64,000 nucleotides of DNA from Candidatus Bathyarchaeota archaeon (GTDB taxonomy: Archaea > Thermoproteota > Bathyarchaeia > Bathyarchaeales > Bathycorpusculaceae), in NCBI GenBank assembly GCA_963775685.1, contig CAVZJV010000014.1:672001-736000 (forward strand), read 5' to 3'. Both the position numbers and the translations under genes were made by a program. Numbering within the stretch: position 1 is the stretch's first letter; every line of letters starts with the position of its first letter. The notes below the pieces were generated by a model that saw only the letters and a program-made list of their open reading frames with translations, was not told the origin of the DNA and did not search any database. This document shows, piece after piece, positions 29,654 through 39,183 of this stretch.

Positions 29654-29925
29654 GCTTTCAGCACAATCTTAGCCCACAGTCATTTAATCATGAGCTTCTT
29701 TTTGGCAGTTGCCCACTGCAATTTTAGGCATGGACACTGATTCAATCTTTAGTGCCACCGATATGTCGGGTAAGCACCCGGAGTTAACAAACGGGGCATT
29801 AAGCATTCCAGTTGTGATGGAAGTGATGGGCAAAGGAGAACTCGCAAGCTTTAGAGCTAAAACCTACATGATGCTTGAAGAGGGAAAAGCCTATTCGCGT
29901 CTATGGAAGGCACGCTTGGCATTAC
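29654..29925 (+). pseudogene. Family B DNA polymerase palm fragment
   Basis: Across two frameshifts: AFSTILAHSHLIMS / PTAILGMDTDSIF...FRAKTYM / KPIRVYGRHAWHY. Confidence 0.55.
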
Positions 29926-30733
29926 TCCATGTTCCCTATTAGTAGAGATAGCGGTTTCACCGTTGCACCTTAAAAACCGAAAATATTCACCAAAAAAACC
30001 CAAAGGGCTACTTAGATAAATGGTGGGAGGCTTTATGTCACTGATTTCTACTTTCTAGCCTTTATCAGATATGTCCCTAAAAATAAAAGAAACGCACCTA
30101 TTATTAGAGAGAAAAGAATAATTGGTTCAAAAATTTGCTAAAAAAAGAACCAGCGAAAAGAAACGAACCCACCTACGGGATCGACGTCAATGGTGGTTTC
30201 GATATTTATTACTAACAGCGACACGCCAAGAAGGATTAAAACTAATCCACCAGCCACTGAGGGTAATAGCCCATTTATTTCTAACTCTCAGCCCGAGTAT
30301 CACTCCTAGAGCAATAAGAAACACCCCAACCATCAAAATAAGAAAAGAAACTCTGCGACAAAAACGCCTGAAAATTATACCAACCTATCCCATATTTCAT
30401 TTGCGTTATATTAATGATCAAACCAATTTGAGTAATTTCCACCGTTGATATCTAACTCAAATATGAATATGATTACTCCAAGAAGGATTAAAATGAAACC
30501 CACAGCTATTGGGGGATAACCCCATTTGTTTTCTAACCTGCTTATCCATGGATTCACTTTAGCCTTGTTTGGATTTAATCTTGTCTTTATGAAAAATAAA
30601 AATAAAGAACAAATTATGATTGTGTGTTTATTTTCACTTGTCCCAGAGGGTTCTGATTAGAGCTTCTCAGCTCCGTCATTTCCTTTTTGATCTAAACTAA
30701 CTGTAGGTGCAATTTTGCGGTTAACTCAGAATT

Positions 30734-31803
30734 CTAGGCTTTTTCAGATTTCAACTCATCACTTGTCTTAGTCAAAAGCTCCATAGGCGAATCCGTATTC
30801 CGCTTCTCTATATCCTTCATATCACGCATCTGATCTCGCATAGTCTCAATGTCTTTTCTTGCCTGATTGCCATGGTTAACCGTTAGAAACTGAAACGCTT
30901 TGTTACAAGCATCAATAATAGTCGTTTGGCTAATAGCATACTTTTCTTTCGCACCGCTTCGCATGTGCCCAAAAAGGGTATCCTTGATTTCATGAGTTAA
31001 GTTAGCCCTCAAAAGCGCATCGTTGTAAGCATCACTCAAGCTCTTGGTTTTGAACTTCTCGGTGTCCTCTTTGCCATAGGTTTTTTCAACCATCGTCTTA
31101 ATGGCATCGTTGATAAACCGAGTTGTCAACCTTTGACCTTTCTGGCTAACAAACAAAGTACCTGAAGTTGAGTTTCTCCTCTCATCAAGCATAGCTTTAA
31201 TGTCATGCACACACTCTTCACTTATGCAGATTCTTTGCAGAACGTTGGTTTTTTCTCTGTGAAGCGTTATGGGATAGTGACCCTCACTTTCTCTTATTTT
31301 GGGTAAATCCTCAATGCTTAAGTCTGAAACAGTGGTTTCGCTAAAACCACTCTGACAAGGCAAAGCAAAAGCGCTCTATCTCTTACATCTCCATACCTGA
31401 TAAATTTGCTTTATCTGTTGATTGTCAGGAATCCATCCCTAACTACTTTGTCCTGTGCTCTCTTTTCAACCCTTAACTCTTTGCGTTTGAACCTTAACGG
31501 CACTCGACGAGCAGAAAAGAAACGGGTAACAGAGATAATATAGCTCATAACTGAATTTGCCTTCAAACCCTGAGTAACTAAAGCATCCTTGTAATCAATG
31601 GTTTTTTCCTCAAAGAACCCGCGTTCTTTTGGGTTGCTCGACTGCAAATCTTTAAAGCGTCTGTGAATCTGTTCGCTTGGATTCATGTTTATGAAAACCA
31701 ACCATCTGGAGCAGCGTTCTTTGTAGTATTGGGCTGTTCTTTCTGCAACCTTGCCAAGCCATTCAATAGTGTAAGGATCGTTTGTCCAGTCATCCGCAGC
31801 CAT
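30734..31803 (-). pseudogene. Tyrosine recombinase/integrase with several frameshifts
   Basis: SAM-like N-part, then WIPDNQQIKQIY / YGDVRDRALLL / CQSGFSE...REKT...KSLSDAY...LFGH...Y; three shifts within 31360-31440. Confidence 0.85.
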
Positions 31804-32110
31804 GCTCAAGCACTTTCTAAAATTATGCCACATATCTTAAAGAATTTTGCACTGTTGAATCTTGGGTTATCTTCTTGGAACCTTTTAGCCAAGTCTTGCG
31901 CTAGCTGATATTTACTTTCTGAATCCGTAGTTCTTATTAAATCCGCTACGGCTTGGAAATGCTATTTAGAAAATATTAAGGCACCTCCAAGCACGCTGTA
32001 TTTTTTTCTCTGAAACCGCATTAACCTGTAGTTAGGTCTAAACGCTCAACAGTATGCCCTTTATATGAGGGAACTAATAGTTTTTGAAATCATTGAGGAG
32101 CACAAAAGAT

Positions 32111-32440
32111 TTGCAACTGGAAGATATGAAAAAGGAAATTGAAAACCTCGTCCTCGCCAAAGGTTTCTACAACAAGCCGGAAGATATTCCCAAAAAACTG
32201 CTTTTTGCATTCATAGAGTTGGGAGAAGCCAGTGATGCTTGGAAGAAGGGTTTGCCTGAAGAGAAAATTGCTGAGGAACTCGTCGACGTCATTTTTTACA
32301 TCTTGGATGCAAGCTGCTTAGCATGTCCAAGTATGAACATGGATGAAGTCTTTATGAAGAAGCTTGAAAAAAACCTTAGCAGACCCTTTCGGTATGGTGA
32401 AGGACATCGAATTAGATCTCCTGAAGAAAACAAGAAATAA
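32111..32440 (+). CDS. MazG-like nucleotide pyrophosphohydrolase
   Basis: ELGEA..AWKK...EELVDV...K.EKN..RP. Confidence 0.85.
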   Translation: MQLEDMKKEIENLVLAKGFYNKPEDIPKKLLFAFIELGEASDAWKKGLPEEKIAEELVDVIFYILDASCLACPSMNMDEVFMKKLEKNLSRPFRYGEGHRIRSPEENKK

Positions 32441-32488
32441 CAGTGAAGCTTTTATGGTTTAAACGTTAAATATAGCTGCTGAAACAAA

Positions 32489-32914
32489 TTGGACTTTACT
32501 TGCCCTAACAACTTGCTTTTCGAATGCAGCAAATGCGGCTTGTGCTGCGGTGACACAAAACAAAAAATAAGGCATGTTCTGCTCTTGGAGTCGGAAGCAA
32601 ACGAGATATCAACTGAGACAGGTCTGCCAAAACGTGACTTTACAAAACAAATCACAGATAAAGCACCCTATTATTATGAGATGAAAAAGGACCAAGAAGG
32701 AAAATGTTTTTTTCTTAAGAAGAGGCAATGTAGCATTTATGTGTTAAGACCCTTAATATGCAGGTTTTACCCCTTTGAATTAAAATTTGATAAAGAAAAG
32801 AATAAGCATGTTTTTAATTTTACGTTTGAATGCCCTGAAATTGGTGAGGGCAAAAGAATGACTGAGAAGTCTTTTGAAGAGTTGTTTTTGCTGGCTCAAG
32901 AAAGGCTTCATTAA
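32489..32914 (+). CDS. YkgJ-family cysteine cluster protein
   Basis: CSKCGLCC...CFFL...CSIY..RPLICRFYPF...CP. Confidence 0.9.
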   Translation: MDFTCPNNLLFECSKCGLCCGDTKQKIRHVLLLESEANEISTETGLPKRDFTKQITDKAPYYYEMKKDQEGKCFFLKKRQCSIYVLRPLICRFYPFELKFDKEKNKHVFNFTFECPEIGEGKRMTEKSFEELFLLAQERLH

Positions 32915-33375
32915 AGTTGTCCCAGAACAGCCTCTTGTTCTATGGTTACTCCACAATAGTGACACTTCAAGATTAATGGTTCCTCTTGTTTGACGTAGAA
33001 TTTGGGTACTACAGGTTCGTTTGCGTTGGTTATACAAGAGGGGTTTAAGCATTTAACGATACTTTCAATTGTTTTAGGTATCTTAACCTCCAACTTTTCA
33101 ACAACCAAATAATTATGAATTATGTTTATTGACGCATGTGGCGCAACAAGGGCAATTCGGTTAACTTCTTGTGAGCTTAGTGCTTTTCCTTCTATTTTTA
33201 CAATATCTTTAACCCGAAACCGTCTGCTGGGAACGTTGATGGCTATAGTCATTACTCTTTTCTCTTTGCCGGTTATCCCGAGAATTTTTATTACATCTAA
33301 AGCAAATCCGCCGCGAATGTGATCGATGACTGTTCCATCCTTTATTTTGGTAACTCTAAGCTCTTTATCGCTCAT
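32911..33375 (-). CDS. pyrI: Aspartate carbamoyltransferase regulatory chain
   Basis: GTVIDHI, KDIVKIE, CLNPSCIT, CHYC. Confidence 0.95.
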   Translation of the reverse strand: MSDKELRVTKIKDGTVIDHIRGGFALDVIKILGITGKEKRVMTIAINVPSRRFRVKDIVKIEGKALSSQEVNRIALVAPHASINIIHNYLVVEKLEVKIPKTIESIVKCLNPSCITNANEPVVPKFYVKQEEPLILKCHYCGVTIEQEAVLGQL

Positions 33376-33432
33376 ACCGAAATCTCTCGTAAATATTCAC
33401 AAGAAACAAATAAGAAGCTGCTAAAAAACAGT

Positions 33433-34161
33433 TTAGTTTTGATGTGCATGTGAACGCAAGTCAATAACAGTGGTGCCTGCAAACTTATCAAAGTACCGTA
33501 TAAACGCGCTATTCTTTATTCGCCACCCAACGAGCAAATCAAAAGGCAACAAAGGCAAGACTTTTCCAAAGTTTCTCACTCCAGCGTGGTCATATGACAT
33601 TTTCTTTCCATCTGTCCTAACGACTTTTAAACCTAAAAGTCGTTTGCCGAGGCTTTGACCGTTAAATCCCTCTAACAAAGTCGAGTAAAGCCAAAGCAAT
33701 CCGATTGTAATGAAGAGCACTTGGCTAAGGCTTCCCGAGAGGAACTCTGAGGTGGAAAGCGAAAGCAGGTTGGGAATATAAGTAATCGCCATAGTTATAG
33801 CTAAAATCAGAGCAAAATCAACAAGGAATGCAAAAACCCTATTTCTAAAGGAAGCAAGCGGAAGTTGACTTGCCTTTCCCTGCACGTCAGCAACCTCAGC
33901 CCAACTTTCCACGTCATAGATAACACGAACAGCGCTCTCTCCGGCCCTGCTTAGTTTGTATTTACCGCTGGAGGTTTGCTCTATAAACGGCGATAGCGCT
34001 CGAAGGTGGAAGCTAAGCTTTCCAGTATCAACCTTTAGCAAGTTTAGCAAGTCTGTGAAAGAGGACTCGCTGTTATTGCTAAGGTTTAGTAATATTTCCC
34101 TTCTCAACGGATGTGAAAGGACTGAAAGTACCTTCGAAACGTTTCCTTGATCTACTGCCAT
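33433..34161 (-). CDS. ArsR-like wHTH plus RDD membrane domain protein
   Basis: LSHPLRREIL...LSFHL; R..AFLVD...GQSLGKRLLGLKVV...D.FAGT.V. Confidence 0.85.
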   Translation of the reverse strand: MAVDQGNVSKVLSVLSHPLRREILLNLSNNSESSFTDLLNLLKVDTGKLSFHLRALSPFIEQTSSGKYKLSRAGESAVRVIYDVESWAEVADVQGKASQLPLASFRNRVFAFLVDFALILAITMAITYIPNLLSLSTSEFLSGSLSQVLFITIGLLWLYSTLLEGFNGQSLGKRLLGLKVVRTDGKKMSYDHAGVRNFGKVLPLLPFDLLVGWRIKNSAFIRYFDKFAGTTVIDLRSHAHQN

Positions 34162-34315
34162 GTTGCAAAACCATGCGTTTTACTAAATAGTGATCGGTTT
34201 TGGCGTATAGCCCATTACATCTCGTTTCTCCCATATAAGTTCCACTCAAAAATCCCAAAAGATCACCTAATTATAACTAGTTTTAATAGCTAAAAACAAC
34301 CTATTAAATAGTCCC

Positions 34316-35215
34316 ATGTCAAGCGCTGAAGTAGCCGTCCAAGTATTCAAAGAATTAGAAAACGAAGACTTCCGAATCTTAAACATAATCGAGGCAGCTA
34401 TGAGCAAACATGAATTCGTCCCAATAGAACAAATCCAAAAGTACTCCAAACTCCCAATGGACCGTATTGACTTCACATTGGGTAAACTAAACAAGCTAGG
34501 CTTAACGTATCGAACAAAAGAAACCTACAACGGACACACCCTAAACTATGTAGGATACGATTGCCTATCCATAAACGCCCTTGTCAAAGCAGGTGTAATC
34601 GAATCTTTTGGGCAAAGCTTGGGTGTGGGCAAAGAAGCTGACGTTTATGATGCCCTTAGCGCAGGTGGCAAACGAATAGCAGTAAAGTTTCATCGCTTGG
34701 GAAGGATAAGTTTTAGGCAGACTAGACGTAAAAGAGGCTACACCAGGGAACATTCCACGTGGCTGTTTCAGTCCCATTTGGCGGCGGAAAGAGAATACAA
34801 AGCCATGAAACAGGCTTACGAAAAAGGCGTTTCAGTTCCAGAACCCATAAGCCAAAACCGCCATGTTATAGCAATGGGGATGATTGAGGGCGCACAACTC
34901 TCAAAATACAAAGACATTGGCAAACCAGAAAAGGTGCTAAAAGAAATTCTGCAAAACCTCAGAAAAACTTACATGAAAGCTCACTTAATTCACGCTGACA
35001 TTAGCGAATATAACATCATCCTAGAGCCCGACGGTCACCTGCTAATTATTGATTGGCCGCAAGCAGTAAAAACAGATCATGCGAACGCAGAAGAACTCCT
35101 AGAGAGAGATATCAAAAATGTACTGACATTTTTCAGCCGCAAATTTAAGGTGAAGTTGGCTAGAAAAGAAGCCTGTAATTATGTTACTGGAGAAGCCAGA
35201 AAATTGGTGTTTTAA
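34316..35215 (+). CDS. rio2: RIO2-type Ser/Thr kinase
   Basis: N-terminal wHTH, GVGKEADVY, KFHRLGR.SF, HADISEYNI, IDWPQ. Confidence 0.92.
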   Translation: MSSAEVAVQVFKELENEDFRILNIIEAAMSKHEFVPIEQIQKYSKLPMDRIDFTLGKLNKLGLTYRTKETYNGHTLNYVGYDCLSINALVKAGVIESFGQSLGVGKEADVYDALSAGGKRIAVKFHRLGRISFRQTRRKRGYTREHSTWLFQSHLAAEREYKAMKQAYEKGVSVPEPISQNRHVIAMGMIEGAQLSKYKDIGKPEKVLKEILQNLRKTYMKAHLIHADISEYNIILEPDGHLLIIDWPQAVKTDHANAEELLERDIKNVLTFFSRKFKVKLARKEACNYVTGEARKLVF

Positions 35216-35454
35216 TGTTTGCTGGCGTCCATAATTATGTACAGAATGTTGTTTCCACGAAGCAACACGTTGCCGTAGTTAGTCATTAGTTGGTCATCCT
35301 TGAATTCTGTTGCACCTTCCAAGAGAATGTTCATGTGTCCATCGCACTTTATCATTTTTCCCTTGTATTCATAGCCATTTTTCAGTACAACTTCAATGTT
35401 GTCATGTAATTGTTTTATGAGCACGTTTAATGGTTTTTTACTTGGTTCCATCAT
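35212..35454 (-). CDS. Sm-like archaeal protein (SmAP/LSm)
   Basis: VVLKNG.EY.G...CD.HMNILL...LRGNNI. Confidence 0.92.
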   Translation of the reverse strand: MMEPSKKPLNVLIKQLHDNIEVVLKNGYEYKGKMIKCDGHMNILLEGATEFKDDQLMTNYGNVLLRGNNILYIIMDASKH

Positions 35455-35906
35455 CGTCAATTTAGGGTCCCTGTCCATTCCTGTTGATAAGCAAGAACCC
35501 CATACCAAATATAAAAGTCTTATGAAAGAACTTTAACGCTTAATAACAAAAAATTGTTTAAAGGAGCAAAAGGCGAGTTTATTTGAGAGAATAAACTAAA
35601 GCCTGGATTTCTTGAACTTGTTTATATTGTGGTTTGATCGTTATCACTACAATCTACTCATTGTGCTTGCGATGTGGGATGCTTTCTTATCGATGTTTTT
35701 GATGTAGTTGTCTTAGTTGTGGAAGAACTACAAACTACATGGTTAAGAATTTAAAAGTTTGAAACTGAAGTATCTTTTCACAGCCGCCTCAGCTGAAATA
35801 GGGTTTGAAGACCCGCCTCCTTTTTACCTCGGACACAAGACGGTTCTTTCTTGTTAAAATATTGTTAACTTGAAGGAAGGGGTTTGGGGTTTTGAACCAC
35901 ATGAAA

Positions 35907-36158
35907 CTACAGTTTCGCCAATATTGACAGCGCCGCAACGACCAGAAAAGCGATACCGGTCCAAAACAGGTCCCCAGTCAAGAACCACACCACGATAGCA
36001 ATGAGAATAGCGGGAATCAGCACTAAGAATAGTTTGATCAAAATTATTATTATTAAGCCAATGATGACGAGTACAATGAGAAAACCAATGTCAAATCCGC
36101 CAAGCCCCAAACTGCTGAGTATAGAATAAATTAGGGTAATTAAGATAAAATTCATCAA
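35907..36158 (-). CDS. Small hydrophobic membrane protein
   Basis: Almost entirely hydrophobic ORF. Confidence 0.6.
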   Translation of the reverse strand: MMNFILITLIYSILSSLGLGGFDIGFLIVLVIIGLIIIILIKLFLVLIPAILIAIVVWFLTGDLFWTGIAFLVVAALSILAKL

Positions 36159-36226
36159 AGGTCCTCAATGAAAAATTGTAGTAAGTAGATAATAAGTTTT
36201 GTCTAAAAGATACCGCTCAAAGAAGT

Positions 36227-36739
36227 TTAGGAGCCTAATTTTGATTTGATTTTGGGAAGAACCTCTTTTTGAACCTGGACAACGCCAAACGTTGTTATCC
36301 TAAACTTTTCGTCAGCGGTCTTGGTTGCAAAATCGTTTTTTACAAGCTCGCCCAGCCGTGTGCTGGTTATTTTGCCGCTTTTCCCAAGTTTTGCCTGCAA
36401 CTCATCTTTTGAGAGCGAATCAACGTGAACTAATCCGAGTTTATCCCCCAGAAAATACGCTACAAGCCAAATTAGCAATGCTTCGTTATCCGTCAGCTTG
36501 TTTTTGGGAACAAGCAAACTTGCGCCGTCACCTGAAAAAGCCAATATACCTTTTAGGTCTTTAGCAAGTTGTGTCACATCGACGTTGAGCAAGAGTTTTT
36601 GGGCGATTTCAAAGGAAGGAATCATCTCTTTGAAGAATTGATTGAGAAGCAGCCACGCTTCTTGTGGTTGAGCGAAAAACCTTTGTTCGATATCTTTGTA
36701 TTTTATTTGAATATGGATTTTTTCGGGTTCATCGCTCAA
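36227..36739 (-). CDS. Hypothetical protein with C-terminal wHTH
   Basis: LKGI...LTDNEALL...STRLGELV...FRITTFG. Confidence 0.7.
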   Translation of the reverse strand: MSDEPEKIHIQIKYKDIEQRFFAQPQEAWLLLNQFFKEMIPSFEIAQKLLLNVDVTQLAKDLKGILAFSGDGASLLVPKNKLTDNEALLIWLVAYFLGDKLGLVHVDSLSKDELQAKLGKSGKITSTRLGELVKNDFATKTADEKFRITTFGVVQVQKEVLPKIKSKLGS

Positions 36740-37206
36740 CTCATCTTGCCTCGAATTTTCTTGAGAACGTCATCTTCTACCCATTTTTCACCCTGAATCG
36801 TCAACTTAAACTCGGGTTTGCTGGGGTCGGGCTTGAAAACTTGCCCGCGTTTAGTCATTTCGTTGAGTCTTGCGGGCACCATGCTTTTGATACCGCTGGA
36901 TTCCAAAAGTTTCTGCACTTGGGCAGCTGTGTTTTTTCGTTGGTCAGAAGCGTAAAGCACTAAACCAACTGCCTCATAGTGGGTAAGGTTCTCACGAGTA
37001 ACAATGACGGGACCTTCAGTCGTGGGTTCGATGATGCCTTTTAGTTGTGCCCCGGAGGGAGTTAATCTGTTAGATACAAAATCGGACATTTTCTCAACAA
37101 AGTTCTCAGGGATACTTTCCAGCATATTCATTAATTCTTCTGGGCTGTCGCCTTCGATTACGACCTCTCCGAAAGAAGTTTTTATGCGAGCTTCAATGCG
37201 TTTCAT
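36736..37206 (-). CDS. Hypothetical protein with C-terminal wHTH (paralog of neighbour)
   Basis: LKGI...LTHYEAVG...ARLNEM...FKLTIQG. Confidence 0.7.
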   Translation of the reverse strand: MKRIEARIKTSFGEVVIEGDSPEELMNMLESIPENFVEKMSDFVSNRLTPSGAQLKGIIEPTTEGPVIVTRENLTHYEAVGLVLYASDQRKNTAAQVQKLLESSGIKSMVPARLNEMTKRGQVFKPDPSKPEFKLTIQGEKWVEDDVLKKIRGKMS

Positions 37207-37286
37207 GGAATTACCTTCGATTAATTGTTATACTCGGTGAAGTCATTTAGGATTTGTGGCTAATAGCTTCTTTTAATATGAAAAGT

Positions 37287-39182
37287 CTATTTTAGGCGTT
37301 CACGCAAAAGTCTGCTTACCAATTCAGGATTGGCTTTTCCGCGGACTTCCTTCATAGCAGCACCCATAAGCATTCCGAAAGAGTTCTTGCTCAGTTTCTC
37401 AATTTGCTGCCTGTTGGCTGCAACAATTCGGGCAATGATTGGCGCCAAATCTTCTTCAGTAAACATCTTGAGCCCCAGAGCATCAACTGCATCCTGCAAG
37501 CATTTACCCTCGTTCTTGGACAGCCAGCCAAACACAGCTACCATAGCTTCTTTAGCAAGTTCTCCTGAACCAACTGCGAGGAAGATATATCTAATCTGTT
37601 CGTCGCTGACGTTTTCAAGTTGAATGCCCTCACGTTTTAGTGCTTTAAGGGTTTCCGTCAAAAACGCAGCCACCGTGGAAGCCGCAACCCCGCTCTCCTT
37701 AACCGTTGTCTCAAAGAGGCTGTTGTATTCTGAATCAATCAGCTGCTTTGCCAATTTATCGTTTAACCCGTACTGTTTGATGAGGCGGGCAAGTTTCTTG
37801 TCGGCTGGCTCAGGCAAGTTAGCCCGAACCTTCTCGACTATTTTCTGTGTGATTGTTTGTGGGGGAATGTCTGTTTCAGGGTACATCCTAGCGGCTCCAG
37901 GGCGCGGTCGCATGTACCTTGTAGTTGCATCGTCTTTGGCGGTGCGTGTTTCAGCTGGAACGCCCGTGCAAGCTTCCTGTGCCCGCTCAACCACGGCTTT
38001 TAGCGCATCCAAAACGTTCTCTGCCGTGTCAGCCACAAAAACCACATTATCTCCTTCCCCTGCGCCTAACATCTTGCGCAAGGCTTCTACTTCTTCAGGA
38101 GTGATTCCGTAGTTAGGCATCTCGTCTGTGTGGAATACTCCGCCGACTCTGCCCCAGAACTTTGCGCGGTCTGAAAGCTCAGTGCCTAGACGGAGGCTCG
38201 GCATCAGTTCACGTCCAAGCAAGCCTGCAAAACCTGCAAGTTTGATTGCCATGACTTTTTGGTTTTTGTCAACTGCTTTACGGATAACTTTGCTTTTGGA
38301 ATCCTTGAAGAGGCTGGTGACGTCTACGAAGTCAGGTTTGAGTGATTCGGTGGTTATGCCTCTTTTGGCAAGTTCCTCTTTTATGTCGATTAAGCTAAGC
38401 TGGCGTTGTACCTCGTATTCAACGACTGTTGAAATTAGGTCGAGTTGCTGAACACCTTTAATCTCAATTAATGCGCCATTTGGCAGTGACACGTTGAGGT
38501 CCTGGCGGATTGTTCCCAATCCACGCATCACCTTGCCTGTGTCACGCAGAATCCTGCCGATAGCATACGCAACTTCCTGTGCTTCCATAGGCGAATAGAT
38601 GACTGGTGCGGTGGCGACTTCGATAAGTGGGATTCCTAAGCGGTCGATGCGGTATCGGACGGTTTTGCCTTCATCTTGGGTGCCTGTTTTGCGTGCGGCA
38701 TCCTCTTCCAGGCTTGCAGCTTGCATGGGAATGATTTTTTCTCCAACTTTAATCCAGCCGTCCAACGCGATAATGCATGTTCGCTGGAAACCTGTGGTGT
38801 TCGATCCATCGATGACGGTTTTGCGCATAACGTGCACTTCGTCAACAGGCTGCATGTTCATCAGAAGTGAAGCCGTTAAGACTACTTCGACAGCAAACAA
38901 GTTGATGGGGTGGGGCGGTTCCTCATCCATCTCGACAAGGCAGCTGCTTTGGTGGTTGGCTTCGTAGAGGATTTTTACGCCTTTCTGGAACTCAAAGTAG
39001 GCTGCGGGGTCGATTTGTCCTAGTTCACTCTGGGTTGGTCGTAGTCTACGCAAGAAGGTCATTTCGGGGTCTTCCTTGAAGAGTTCGGGTGGACAGCTGC
39101 AGAAGAGTTTGCTATTGACGTTTAGTTGCTGGTGGATTTCTAAGCCGACTTTTAAACCGACTTTAGCGTAGTCGATGGTCAT
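37287..39182 (-). CDS. gatE: Glu-tRNA(Gln) amidotransferase subunit E
   Basis: GLEIHQQL, DGSNTTGFQRT, GLGTIRQD, RMYPETD. Confidence 0.96.
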   Translation of the reverse strand: MTIDYAKVGLKVGLEIHQQLNVNSKLFCSCPPELFKEDPEMTFLRRLRPTQSELGQIDPAAYFEFQKGVKILYEANHQSSCLVEMDEEPPHPINLFAVEVVLTASLLMNMQPVDEVHVMRKTVIDGSNTTGFQRTCIIALDGWIKVGEKIIPMQAASLEEDAARKTGTQDEGKTVRYRIDRLGIPLIEVATAPVIYSPMEAQEVAYAIGRILRDTGKVMRGLGTIRQDLNVSLPNGALIEIKGVQQLDLISTVVEYEVQRQLSLIDIKEELAKRGITTESLKPDFVDVTSLFKDSKSKVIRKAVDKNQKVMAIKLAGFAGLLGRELMPSLRLGTELSDRAKFWGRVGGVFHTDEMPNYGITPEEVEALRKMLGAGEGDNVVFVADTAENVLDALKAVVERAQEACTGVPAETRTAKDDATTRYMRPRPGAARMYPETDIPPQTITQKIVEKVRANLPEPADKKLARLIKQYGLNDKLAKQLIDSEYNSLFETTVKESGVAASTVAAFLTETLKALKREGIQLENVSDEQIRYIFLAVGSGELAKEAMVAVFGWLSKNEGKCLQDAVDALGLKMFTEEDLAPIIARIVAANRQQIEKLSKNSFGMLMGAAMKEVRGKANPELVSRLLRERLK

Positions 39183-39183
39183 T

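Larger units (their letters stand above)
29654..31803. mobile_element. Relic integrative element (PolB fragment, small membrane-protein remnants, integrase)
   Basis: Pseudogene cluster between the M16 peptidase and core genes; ends undefined. Confidence 0.5.
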
